From IMG/VR virus record IMGVR_UViG_3300020362_000001: a DNA stretch of 64,000 nt; one strand, 5' to 3'. The position numbers were made by a program, and so were the translations under genes. Position 1 is the first letter of the stretch, and each line of letters opens with the position of its first letter. Source of the DNA: an uncultured virus (IMG/VR IMGVR_UViG_3300020362_000001) (lineage: Duplodnaviria > Heunggongvirae > Uroviricota > Caudoviricetes). Of the stretch, positions 46,256 to 55,960 are shown in pieces. The notes below the pieces were generated by a model that saw only the letters and a program-made list of their open reading frames with translations, was not told the origin of the DNA and searched no databases.

Positions 46256-46677
46256 TGAAAAAAGCAATAATAGTATCTGGGTATTTTAACCCTATACATA
46301 AAGGTCATTTAGAGCTATTTGAGAAATCAAAAGCTCTAGGTGATATGCTTATAGTCATTGTAAATTCCGATTTACAAAGATTTTTAAAGGGTTCTAAAGA
46401 ATTTCAAAAAGAAGATGAAAGATTAATTATAGTTAAGGCAATTAAATATGTTGATTTTGCTATGATTTCCATTGACGAAGATAGAACCCAAATAGAGTCT
46501 ATAAAAGAAATACATTCTATATTTAGTGAAACACATAATTTAGCTTTTGCTAATGGTGGAGATCAAAATAATGATACTATACCAGAAGCTAGGATATGTG
46601 AAGAATTAGGTGTATCTTTAATAGATGGAGTAGGTGAAAAAATACAATCAAGTAGTTGGTTATTAAAAAAACAATAA
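46255..46677 (+). CDS. Cytidylyltransferase-like nucleotidyltransferase (TagD/RibL-like)
   Basis: SGYFNPIHKGH, IVNSD, FANGGD, KIQSSS. Confidence 0.85.
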   Translation: MKKAIIVSGYFNPIHKGHLELFEKSKALGDMLIVIVNSDLQRFLKGSKEFQKEDERLIIVKAIKYVDFAMISIDEDRTQIESIKEIHSIFSETHNLAFANGGDQNNDTIPEARICEELGVSLIDGVGEKIQSSSWLLKKQ

Positions 46678-46678
46678 T

Positions 46679-47209
46679 ATGAAAATAGGTTTATGTGGTA
46701 CAATGAGTGTAGGTAAAACTACATTAGTAAATGAACTTAAAAAATTAGAACAATTTAAAGATTACGAGTTTGCTACTGAACGTAGTAAATACTTAATGGA
46801 TTTAGGTATTCCATTAAATACTGATTCTACATTAAAGGGTCAAACTATATTTTTAGCAGAGCGTGTAGCTGAATTAATGAAAGAAAATGTTATAATGGAT
46901 AGAACAATATTAGATGTTATAGCATTTACTAATTTAGCTGATTCTATTGATTTTAAAGATAAAGAATATTTTGAAGATTATGCTAGAGTATTTGTAGGAG
47001 AATATGATTACATATTTTATATAGATCCTATAGGTACTACTATGGAAGATAATGGAATTAGAGAGACTAATTTAAAGTATAGAGAAAGTATTGATGCCGC
47101 AGTTATTAAAGCTATGAACACATATGGTCATAGGTGTAAAAATGTACATGTTATAAAAGGTACTACTAGTGAGCGTATAGAGCAGATACTAGATTTAGTT
47201 GAATTTTAA
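46679..47209 (+). CDS. P-loop kinase, NadR/Ttd14 (AAA_28)-like
   Basis: GTMSVGKTT, MDRTILD, YDYIFY, EDNGIR. Confidence 0.8.
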   Translation: MKIGLCGTMSVGKTTLVNELKKLEQFKDYEFATERSKYLMDLGIPLNTDSTLKGQTIFLAERVAELMKENVIMDRTILDVIAFTNLADSIDFKDKEYFEDYARVFVGEYDYIFYIDPIGTTMEDNGIRETNLKYRESIDAAVIKAMNTYGHRCKNVHVIKGTTSERIEQILDLVEF

Positions 47210-47231
47210 ATATTTATAATAAACTAAAATC

Positions 47232-47918
47232 ATGCAAGATAACTTTAGCGTAAAAAATTGGAAAAATACTGTCTTATACGAACAAGACTTTAAACAAGAA
47301 TTAGACATTTACGGATATCAAACTAAACATTTTGATTTATGTCCGGGTGCTCAAAATTTGTATAAAAGAATAATGGCTGGTGATTTTACTGATGGTATGC
47401 CTTCTGTTAAAGAACAAGATACTATAATTACATTAGCTAAACTACATGATGCATTATTTGGTATGGAAAAAATTGCTCTTTCTTCTAAAGATGGAGTAGA
47501 TAAAGAATTTGCTAGTAAAGCTCAAGGTATAGCTGATAAAATAATGGATATATCTCAAAGCTTAGATCTAGTAGATGAACATGGCTATATACAAAACCAT
47601 GTAGATATTATTAGAGATAAAGTAAATGAAATGGCTATTGTTCTCCCAGAACAAGAAGATGATATTGAATTAGAAATTCCGGGGGATGAAAGCAGTGCCA
47701 CTGTCGATAAAAAAGTACAAGCAAAGGCTACTAGACAAGATAAAATAATTAAAGATTTTCAACGAATTCAGAAACAAATGCAAACTCATCTTGAGCTTTA
47801 TAAAACATCCGAATCCGAAGAAAATAAAAAAACTGCATTACAAATGCTAAAAAACCTTACTCCTGAATTTCAGGCAGCTAAGAAAAAATATGAAAAATTA
47901 AAAGGTGTCAAAGTCTAA
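47232..47918 (+). CDS. Modular protein with capsid-targeting-like leader
   Basis: MQDNFSVKNWKNTVLYEQ; YQTKHFDLCPGA module; ATATTTAT at 47210. Confidence 0.7.
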   Translation: MQDNFSVKNWKNTVLYEQDFKQELDIYGYQTKHFDLCPGAQNLYKRIMAGDFTDGMPSVKEQDTIITLAKLHDALFGMEKIALSSKDGVDKEFASKAQGIADKIMDISQSLDLVDEHGYIQNHVDIIRDKVNEMAIVLPEQEDDIELEIPGDESSATVDKKVQAKATRQDKIIKDFQRIQKQMQTHLELYKTSESEENKKTALQMLKNLTPEFQAAKKKYEKLKGVKV

Positions 47919-48255
47919 TATATTTAATATAATTGCTATTTTAGTAATTTTCGGATTACTATTTTTTATTTTTAGAGGAGATGAGGTGGATACATCAGAA
48001 TATGATGCTAAAATAGATGCTTTAGAAAAAAAAGTAGATTCACTACATCAAAAAAATACTTTTCTTGAAAAAGAAGCTGATTCTTTGGAATTGGCTATTG
48101 AACAGTCAGATAAAAAAATTAAACAACTAAATACTAGAATTTATGTTATCAAAAAAGAAACTAGGCAACAACTTGATGCTGTTGATCTTTTCGGTGATGA
48201 TGAGTTGGAACAGTTTTTCGCAAAACGTTACAGACAATCAGATTCAATTAACTAA
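47905..48255 (+). CDS. Membrane-anchored coiled-coil protein (i-spanin-like)
   Basis: N-terminal TM then long heptads; overlaps the next gene. Confidence 0.6.
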   Translation: MSKSNIFNIIAILVIFGLLFFIFRGDEVDTSEYDAKIDALEKKVDSLHQKNTFLEKEADSLELAIEQSDKKIKQLNTRIYVIKKETRQQLDAVDLFGDDELEQFFAKRYRQSDSIN

Positions 48256-48565
48256 ACCTATAGCTCGTTTAGTAATTAAGGACCTAATTCAATTTGATGG
48301 TCTTTCCAATGAAATGCAGGTTATGCAAACTATTTTAACTGAAACTAATAATAAACTTTTAACACAAGGTGAATTAGTTGCTAATTTAAGAACCCAAGTA
48401 GAAAACTATCAGTCTATAATAGACAAAAAAGACCAACAATTTAATACCCAAGAACAGTTAAGTAAAAAATTACAATCTGAACTTAAAAAATCTAAATTAA
48501 GAACTAAATTAATGGGTGGAGCTGGTCTTCTTGTTGCAGTAGGAGCAGCCGTCCTGATAAATTAA
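48143..48565 (+). CDS. Signal-peptide coiled-coil protein with C-terminal TM (spanin-partner-like)
   Basis: Signal ending SFS-Q, coiled coil, C-terminal LMGGAGLLVAVGAAVLIN. Confidence 0.55.
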   Translation: MLSKKKLGNNLMLLIFSVMMSWNSFSQNVTDNQIQLTKPIARLVIKDLIQFDGLSNEMQVMQTILTETNNKLLTQGELVANLRTQVENYQSIIDKKDQQFNTQEQLSKKLQSELKKSKLRTKLMGGAGLLVAVGAAVLIN

Positions 48566-48566
48566 A

Positions 48567-50150
48567 GTGGCTGAGAATCTAAAAGATATAATTAAAAGTG
48601 AATTTATAAAATGCGCTAAGGATCCAGTGTATTTTATGAAAAAGTATTATACTATTCAACATCCTAAAAGGGGTAGAATAAAATTTAATTTATATCCTTT
48701 CCAAGAAAAAGTTTTAAATCATATGCATAGGGAAGATTATGTTATAATCAATAAATCCCGTCAGTTAGGTATTTCAACTTTATGTTCAGCTTATTCTTTA
48801 TGGATGATGTTATTTCATAAAGATAAAAATGTACTTTGTATAGCTACAAAACAAGAGACTGCTAAAAATATGGTTACTAAAGTAAGATTTGCTTATGATC
48901 AATTACCACAATGGTTACAAATAAAAACAGTAGAACATAATAAACTATCATTACGATTAGCAAATGGATCTCAAATTAAAGCAGTAGCAGCTAGTTCAGA
49001 CGCAGGTAGATCAGAAGCAGTTTCTTTATTACTAATAGATGAGGCGGCTTTTATTGATGGTATTGAAGAAATATTCTCCTCAGCACAACAAACCCTAGCT
49101 ACTGGTGGTGGGTGTATAGCATTATCTACACCTTATGGTACTGGTAATTGGTTTCATTCAACATGGACTAAAGCTGAAGCTAGAGAAAATCCATTTTTAC
49201 CTATAAGATTACCCTGGACAGTACACCCTGAAAGAAATCAGGATTGGAGAGAGGAACAAGACATAATACTAGGTCCTAGAATGGCAGCACAAGAATGTGA
49301 TTGTGATTTTAGTACTTCAGGTGATACTGTGGTAGAACCAGATATATTAAATTTTTATGAAAAAACATACATACAGGATCCCGCAGAGCGTAGAGGTGTA
49401 GATGGTAATTTTTGGGTATGGCAAATACCAGATTATTCAAGAGATTATATGGTAGTAGCTGATGTTGCTAGGGGTGATGGAAATGATTTTTCCGCTTTTC
49501 ATGTATTTGACATAGAAGAAGCCACACAAGTAGCGGAATTTAAGGCACAAGTACAAACAAAGGATTATGGAAATTTATTATTTGCGGTAGCAACTGAATA
49601 TAATGATGCATTATTAGTAGTAGAAAACGCTAATATAGGATGGGCAGTAATACAACAATTAATAGATAGAGGATATCGTAATTTATATTACTCTCCTAAA
49701 ATGGATGTCTCCATGACTAATGCAGACCAATATCTTAATAGATATGAAAATGGACAAGGTATGATTCCTGGATTTACTACATCCTTAAAGACGAGACCAC
49801 TTGTAGTCTCAAAATTAGTTTCGTATCTTCATGAAAAATCTGTAACTATTCGTTCTAAACGATTGTTAGAGGAATTAAGAACATTTATTTGGAAAAATGG
49901 TAAAGCACAAGCATTATCAGGATATAACGATGATTTAACTATGGCATTTGGTATATCTATGTTTTTAAGAGATACAGCATTACATTTTAGACAACAAGGT
50001 CTAGATATGGCACGTGCTGCTTTAGGTGGTATACACTCCACTAATCATCAAGCTCCAACTATATATAGTGGAGGTGGACAAGTTAAAAATCCATATGAAA
50101 TGGAAAATCCATATGGTGGCAAGGAAGATATATCCTGGTTACTGGATTAA
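48567..50150 (+). CDS. Terminase large subunit (gp17-like)
   Basis: LYPFQ, KSRQLGIST, LLIDEAAF, LSTPYG, ADVARG, YNDDL. Confidence 0.95.
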   Translation: MAENLKDIIKSEFIKCAKDPVYFMKKYYTIQHPKRGRIKFNLYPFQEKVLNHMHREDYVIINKSRQLGISTLCSAYSLWMMLFHKDKNVLCIATKQETAKNMVTKVRFAYDQLPQWLQIKTVEHNKLSLRLANGSQIKAVAASSDAGRSEAVSLLLIDEAAFIDGIEEIFSSAQQTLATGGGCIALSTPYGTGNWFHSTWTKAEARENPFLPIRLPWTVHPERNQDWREEQDIILGPRMAAQECDCDFSTSGDTVVEPDILNFYEKTYIQDPAERRGVDGNFWVWQIPDYSRDYMVVADVARGDGNDFSAFHVFDIEEATQVAEFKAQVQTKDYGNLLFAVATEYNDALLVVENANIGWAVIQQLIDRGYRNLYYSPKMDVSMTNADQYLNRYENGQGMIPGFTTSLKTRPLVVSKLVSYLHEKSVTIRSKRLLEELRTFIWKNGKAQALSGYNDDLTMAFGISMFLRDTALHFRQQGLDMARAALGGIHSTNHQAPTIYSGGGQVKNPYEMENPYGGKEDISWLLD

Positions 50151-50153
50151 TTA

Positions 50154-50161
50154 ATATTTAT
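50154..50161 (+). promoter_or_regulatory. Late promoter motif ATATTTAT before portal
   Basis: Intergenic recurrence. Confidence 0.7.
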
Positions 50162-50177
50162 ATACATAAATTAAAAA

Positions 50178-52121
50178 ATGGCAGATACTTCATTATTTGG
50201 TAGATTAAGAAGATTATTTTCTACAGATGTAGTCATTAGAAACGTAGGGGGGAACCAATTAAAAGTAATTGATTCTAACCAAATACAATCTTTAGGACAA
50301 TTACAAACAAATTCACTATACGATAGATTTAATAAATTGTATAGTACAACAGGTGGGCTGAATTATAATACAATGCAGCAAACCAATTTCCCATCCACTA
50401 GAATTCAACTATACACGGATTACGAGGCAATGGATACAGATTCTATTGTTGCTTCTGCGTTAGATATAGTATCAGATGAATCTACTCTAAGAAATGATAT
50501 GGGTGAGGTATTACAAATTAGATCTGCTGATGAAACTGTACAAAAAATATTATATAATTTATTCTATGATGTATTAAATATAGAATTTAATTTATGGTCT
50601 TGGACTCGTAATATGCTAAAATATGGTGATTTTTATTTAAAATTAGAAATATCCGAAAAATTTGGTATATATAATGTAGTACCTTTTTCTTCTTACACTA
50701 TACTAAGAGTAGAAGGAGGTGATCCTAAAAATCCATCTGATGTAAAATTTAAATATGATCCTAGTTATTCAGTATCCGAAAATCCATTAGGTTTTCAACA
50801 AGTTTCTCCTGGAATGGGTGTTAATACTGGTGATGAAGTAATTTTTGATAATTACGAAATGGCTCATTTTAGATTATTATCAGATTTTAATTATCTTCCT
50901 TATGGTAGATCATATCTTGAACCAGGTAGAAAAGTTTGGAAACAAACTACACTAATGGAGGATGCAATGTTAATTCATAGAATTGTAAGAGCCCCAGAAA
51001 AACGTACTTTCTTTGTAAATGTAGGTAATATACCACCTAATGAGGTAGAAACTTATATGCAAAGAATGATCAATAAAATGAAAAAAACACCTTATATTGA
51101 TCCTAATTCTGGTGAATACAATTTAAAGTTTAATATGCAAAATATCTTAGAGGATTTTTATATTCCTGTAAGAGGTGGAGATGCAACTACTAGAATAGAA
51201 ACTACAAAAGGATTAGATTATGCTGCTATAGAAGATGTAACTTATTTAAGAGATAAATTATTTGCAGCACTTAAGGTTCCAAAAGCTTATTTAGGTTATG
51301 AGGGTGATATTGAAGGTAAAGCTACATTAGCCGCGGAAGATATTAGATTTGCTAGAACAGTAGAACGTATCCAAAGAATATTAGTTTCTGAATTAACTAA
51401 AATAGCACTAGTTCATTTATATGCACAAGGGTATGATGGAGCTGCATTAACTAATTTTGAACTTTCATTAACTACTCCTTCTATAATTTATGATCAAGAA
51501 AGAATAGCATTACTAAAAGAAAAAGTTGATCTAGCTCAACAAATGATGGAAACTAAATTAGTACCTAGTGATTGGATTTATGATAATATATTCCACTTTA
51601 GTGAAGATCAATATCAAGAATATAGAGATTTAATAATCGAAGACCAAAAACGACAATTCCGTAGAGAACAAATATCGGCTGAAGGGAATGACCCAGCAGA
51701 ATCCGGCGAAGCGTACGGTACACCACATGCCCTAGCATCCTTATATGGAGCAGGAAGATACCCAGGAAGTAAGGGAGTACCTAAAGGATATAGTGTAGAT
51801 GATCCCGAGTTTCCTTCACAGGCTCTAGATGGTTTAGGTCGTCCTAAGGAAAAAGCTTCCGATTATGGAACACAAGATGGTAATTTAGGTAAAGATACTA
51901 TAGGCCAAGCAAGAATGAAATCAAATTTAGGGAGTGAAGATAGACCTGGTATGCCAAATTACAAAAGTGGTTCACCTCTAGCTTTAGAAAATATAAATAC
52001 CAAAGCTATATACGCTAAAAACGAAAAAAGTCTAAAAAATATGTTTCCTAAACAAAAAGTATCACTTTTTGAAGGTGAAAAACTATTGGATGAAGACCAA
52101 ATTCGTGAGGAAGTTAAATAA
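50178..52121 (+). CDS. Portal protein (gp20-like)
   Basis: LMEDAMLIHRIVRAPEKRTF.VNVGNIP, EDFYIPVRG, ALKVPK, EDIRF. Confidence 0.95.
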   Translation: MADTSLFGRLRRLFSTDVVIRNVGGNQLKVIDSNQIQSLGQLQTNSLYDRFNKLYSTTGGLNYNTMQQTNFPSTRIQLYTDYEAMDTDSIVASALDIVSDESTLRNDMGEVLQIRSADETVQKILYNLFYDVLNIEFNLWSWTRNMLKYGDFYLKLEISEKFGIYNVVPFSSYTILRVEGGDPKNPSDVKFKYDPSYSVSENPLGFQQVSPGMGVNTGDEVIFDNYEMAHFRLLSDFNYLPYGRSYLEPGRKVWKQTTLMEDAMLIHRIVRAPEKRTFFVNVGNIPPNEVETYMQRMINKMKKTPYIDPNSGEYNLKFNMQNILEDFYIPVRGGDATTRIETTKGLDYAAIEDVTYLRDKLFAALKVPKAYLGYEGDIEGKATLAAEDIRFARTVERIQRILVSELTKIALVHLYAQGYDGAALTNFELSLTTPSIIYDQERIALLKEKVDLAQQMMETKLVPSDWIYDNIFHFSEDQYQEYRDLIIEDQKRQFRREQISAEGNDPAESGEAYGTPHALASLYGAGRYPGSKGVPKGYSVDDPEFPSQALDGLGRPKEKASDYGTQDGNLGKDTIGQARMKSNLGSEDRPGMPNYKSGSPLALENINTKAIYAKNEKSLKNMFPKQKVSLFEGEKLLDEDQIREEVK

Positions 52122-52153
52122 GTTTAATATTTATAATTAGTAGCGCACTACTT

Positions 52154-53002
52154 ATGAAAATAAAACATAATAAATACAAGAATACTGGTATTCTGTTTGA
52201 ACTACTAGTAAGAAAAATTACTGCTGATACACTTTCTAGTGGTAATTCTAAAGCCGCTTCATTAGTAAAAAAATATTTTACTAAAACTTCATTGGCGGAC
52301 GAAAATAAATTATATCAAACGGTTAATAATTCAATAGCTTTATCTGAAAGTAAAGCGGATTCTGTTCTTTCTACTGTTTTGGATTTATCTAAAAAGTTAG
52401 ATAGAGATAAACTTGCCAAAGAAAAATATAATTTAATTAAAGAAATTAAAAATAGTTTTGATTTAAATGATTTTTTTCAAGCTAAAATTAAAAATTATAA
52501 ATTATTAGCATCAACTTATATACTATTTGAATCAGTTAATAATAAAGGATTTGCTAATCCCGAATCTATTATTACTTCTAAAATTACTATATTAGAACAT
52601 ATTACTTCTACACCTGATTCTAAAATGTCTTTATCACCATTAGTTGAGGAATTAATGTCTTTGGATAAAGGTACACGTGCGCTTACATATAAGATAATGT
52701 TAGAAAAATATAATACTAAATTTGATGGTCTTTCTAAGGACCAAAAAGAAGTATTAAAAGAATACATAAATAGTGCTACAGATGCTCCCAAACTTAAAGA
52801 ATTTTTGAATTCTAAGTTTAAGAGTATATCTACTAGGCTGAAAGAAAACGTAGATAAAATAGAGGAGCCGGCACTAAAAATAAAAATCCAAGAAGTTATA
52901 AATTTAATTGATCCTATTCTAGAATCTAGAAAGTTAAAAGATGATCACCTAGTTGCGCTACTACAATATCTTGAACTTTCCAATGAAATAGAAAAAGCAT
53001 GA
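52154..53002 (+). CDS. Head-module hypothetical protein
   Basis: MKIKHNKYKNTGILFELLVR; between portal and protease; ATATTTAT at 52127. Confidence 0.7.
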   Translation: MKIKHNKYKNTGILFELLVRKITADTLSSGNSKAASLVKKYFTKTSLADENKLYQTVNNSIALSESKADSVLSTVLDLSKKLDRDKLAKEKYNLIKEIKNSFDLNDFFQAKIKNYKLLASTYILFESVNNKGFANPESIITSKITILEHITSTPDSKMSLSPLVEELMSLDKGTRALTYKIMLEKYNTKFDGLSKDQKEVLKEYINSATDAPKLKEFLNSKFKSISTRLKENVDKIEEPALKIKIQEVINLIDPILESRKLKDDHLVALLQYLELSNEIEKA

Positions 53003-54318
53003 AATTAAAAATAAAAGGATTGAATAAAGAAATGAGCACCACAGGTACTGGTGCTTCATTTACACCAGGTACTGGAGCTCAATATGCTACTCCTAAAGCT
53101 TTTAAAATAAAAAAAGATGAAATAGGAGAACCTTTTACTAAACCTAATCCTTCTATCCCTAATAGAAAATCTAAATTTATGGATTATAAACAGATTTTTG
53201 AGGATAATATGGCAGAATTAAAATTCAACCCTATTAAAGATTTTACTGATAGTCAGGCATGGGCTGGTGATAATACAGGATATGATATGGATACGCAAGA
53301 TGCAGCATCCGTTTTAGAATTAGCTAAAGTTTCTAAGGGAGGTCAGTTTAAAGTGGGCGATGTAGAAACATCTAAGGGAGTTAAATATACTGTAACTAAA
53401 ATAGATCCAACAACTGGTCAAATTTCTTGGAAAATAGATTATGTACCTGCATTTGATTCAGTATTTAAAAAATTTGATGCTTTAAAGGATGCAATGGCTG
53501 ATTTAGATAGAAGAACTAATGATTCTACTATAGATAATATTGCTGATAGAATGAAAGGATTATTTAACCAATATAGAACATATATTAGAAAAAATTATCC
53601 TGAAGAATATAGTAAATTTCAAACGGCTGAAAATATAGATCCTAAATCACAGGCTAAACATAAAGGAAAATCTGCTCCATTTGGTTCAGCTTATGAACCT
53701 GTTACTAAGGAAAATATTGATAGAGTAGCAGGTGGTATTCCTTATAAAATTGAAAATGGAAATGCTATTATTTCTATGCCTTTACCCGATGATACTAAAG
53801 AACGTATTATTAAAAGAGCTAAAGCAAATGGATATTTAGCTAAACCTAATATGGGTGGTGGTGTTACTATTTTTAAAGAATCTCAATTATCAGAAGAATT
53901 AGGTGTTTCTAAAAGATATTTAACTAGAATTGCGGATGAAGTAGGTGAAAGTATTTTTGCCCAAATGATTTTAAATCTTAGAGATGAAAATGTACAAGAT
54001 GAAATTGTAGATGCTTTTGAAGACCAATACCCAGTAGTACGTGATTTTAAAAATAAATTAAATGAAGCACGTTACAGTCAATTTAAAACTGAAACAAAAT
54101 TAAGAACTCCTACAGAACAAATACATAGAGCTGTTAGAGAAATTAGAAGAAAAATAGATGAAATAGTTAAGGTAGTAGGACATACTGAAAGAATGAAATC
54201 TGAATTAAAAGATAGTAATGAAGGTATGTCATATCTTAAAAGAACCCGTAATGCTATTAACACTATATCCGAAAAGTTACAAGAATTAAATAATAGAATT
54301 AAAGGATTAACAGAGTAA
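52999..54318 (+). CDS. Modular polyprotein-like head protein
   Basis: Short modules separated by x-x-E junctions (NKE, IFE, VLE, TAE, TKE, LNE). Confidence 0.7.
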   Translation: MKLKIKGLNKEMSTTGTGASFTPGTGAQYATPKAFKIKKDEIGEPFTKPNPSIPNRKSKFMDYKQIFEDNMAELKFNPIKDFTDSQAWAGDNTGYDMDTQDAASVLELAKVSKGGQFKVGDVETSKGVKYTVTKIDPTTGQISWKIDYVPAFDSVFKKFDALKDAMADLDRRTNDSTIDNIADRMKGLFNQYRTYIRKNYPEEYSKFQTAENIDPKSQAKHKGKSAPFGSAYEPVTKENIDRVAGGIPYKIENGNAIISMPLPDDTKERIIKRAKANGYLAKPNMGGGVTIFKESQLSEELGVSKRYLTRIADEVGESIFAQMILNLRDENVQDEIVDAFEDQYPVVRDFKNKLNEARYSQFKTETKLRTPTEQIHRAVREIRRKIDEIVKVVGHTERMKSELKDSNEGMSYLKRTRNAINTISEKLQELNNRIKGLTE

Positions 54319-54465
54319 ATGGCAGCTGCAAGAAGATCAGTAAATGTTTTTGCTCATAGGGAAAAAAGTAAAAAAAAAAGACCTGGTGTTCATGCTAAAA
54401 GTAAAACATCAAAATTAAAAAGTAGTAAAAACTATAGTAAAAAATATAGAGGACAAGGACGATAA
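54319..54465 (+). CDS. Small basic protein ending KxYRGQGR (48 aa)
   Basis: Hand-translated MAAARRSVNVFAHREKSKKKRPGVHAKSKTSKLKSSKNYSKKYRGQGR. Confidence 0.75.
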   Translation: MAAARRSVNVFAHREKSKKKRPGVHAKSKTSKLKSSKNYSKKYRGQGR

Positions 54466-54477
54466 ATATTTATATAC

Positions 54478-55215
54478 ATGACAACAACAGACTTATACAA
54501 AAAACTGAAAGCTGGCGAAATTACAGAACAGAAGTTCTTGTATGAAGTTCGTCGTGATCCAAATTTACCTTTCATAACTAATGTAAATAATTTTAAGGAT
54601 TCAGTACAAATCTTAAAAAATAAAGGTATAATTAAAGAAGAAAAACAAGAAGTAGAAATTTTTGCTAAAACTATTGATATGGTTAATCCATATGAATATA
54701 ATAGAGGTATGAATTTTGAATTAGATGTAGTTATTGATTCTGTAGGTAATAAATTAATAGACGGAGCTACAGGAAATAATGTTGAAGAAATAACTTCTGA
54801 TCAAATTTTAAAAGCACAAAAGAAAGTACTTAAAAATCTTACCAAAGATCCTTATTTTTATCAAAAGAAATTAATTCCAAAAATGGAAGGTGAAAGTGAA
54901 GATGTAGTAGAAGTAACTCCTAAATCCGTTGAAGCATTAAAAAAGAAAGCCGGTAAAATAATTCGTGAACATGGTGAAAACTATGATGAAGTTTCTAAAG
55001 TAATGGAAGAAGATATAGAAGAACTAGGTAGAACTAGAGATGCTATATATGAAAAATATGCTCAAAAATACGAAGTAGATGTTAACGAATTAAAAGATAG
55101 ATTAGAAGCATATAAATCCCAAAAAGAAGCCACTATTAATGTTAAAACTAAAGCTGATATTCCATCAAATCTAAAAGATGATGATGTTGTTAATGTAGGC
55201 GATATGGATATGTAA
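54478..55215 (+). CDS. Head-module hypothetical protein (possible prohead core component)
   Basis: ILKNKGIIKEE, KNLTKDPYFY; ATATTTAT at 54466. Confidence 0.7.
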   Translation: MTTTDLYKKLKAGEITEQKFLYEVRRDPNLPFITNVNNFKDSVQILKNKGIIKEEKQEVEIFAKTIDMVNPYEYNRGMNFELDVVIDSVGNKLIDGATGNNVEEITSDQILKAQKKVLKNLTKDPYFYQKKLIPKMEGESEDVVEVTPKSVEALKKKAGKIIREHGENYDEVSKVMEEDIEELGRTRDAIYEKYAQKYEVDVNELKDRLEAYKSQKEATINVKTKADIPSNLKDDDVVNVGDMDM

Positions 55216-55216
55216 T

Positions 55217-55837
55217 ATGGCAAAAAATCTATTAATAGAGTATTCCGTATTTACTCCCCAAAAAACTCAAATTACAGAAGCAGTTTCGGGTGGTAAAAAT
55301 ATGATTGTAAAAGGTGTTGTCCAAAGAGCCGAAGAATTCAATCATAATGGAAGAAGATATCCCTTTGAAATTTTAAAAAGAGAAGTAGATAAATATATTG
55401 CTGGTCCTATTGCTGAAAATAGAGCATTAGGAGAACTAGATCATCCTGAATCATCAGTAATTAATTTAAAAAATGCTTCACATAATATAAAAGAATTATT
55501 TTTTGAAGGAAATGATTTAATGGGTAGTATAGAAATTTTACCTACTCCCTCAGGTAATATTTTAAAAGAATTATTTAAAAATAACATTACTGTAGGTATT
55601 TCTTCTAGAGGAATGGGTTCTGTAAAACCATTAGGTGAAAATAGAGTTGAAGTAGAAGATGATTTTGAATTATTATGTTGGGATTTTGTATCTACTCCAT
55701 CAACTCATGGTGCATTTGTAAAACCTGTTGGATTAAATGAGGGAAGAAATTACAATAATACTAGTAAATATTCAAAATTACAAGAAATAGTTTCGGATAT
55801 TATTTGCACTCAGTCAGGCATTTGCTGTCTTCGTTAA
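55217..55837 (+). CDS. Prohead protease (gp21-like)
   Basis: NHNGRRYP, ALGELDHP, TPSG, GISSRGMGS, DFVSTPSTHGA. Confidence 0.95.
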   Translation: MAKNLLIEYSVFTPQKTQITEAVSGGKNMIVKGVVQRAEEFNHNGRRYPFEILKREVDKYIAGPIAENRALGELDHPESSVINLKNASHNIKELFFEGNDLMGSIEILPTPSGNILKELFKNNITVGISSRGMGSVKPLGENRVEVEDDFELLCWDFVSTPSTHGAFVKPVGLNEGRNYNNTSKYSKLQEIVSDIICTQSGICCLR

Positions 55838-55864
55838 CAATTTTCCATTTTTTATTTTTTTTAT

Positions 55865-55960
55865 ATATTTATCTATAACAAGATAGATAATCTAATATTA
55901 TCTCACTCAAGATTATAACACTTATATTACTTCCCAATAAGTAATCCCGACAAAATCTTA
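55865..55960 (+). promoter_or_regulatory. Late motif plus double-hairpin leader of the scaffold/capsid operon
   Basis: ATATTTAT 55865-55872; AGATAAT-CTAAT-ATTATCT; ATTACTT-CCCAAT-AAGTAAT. Confidence 0.6.
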
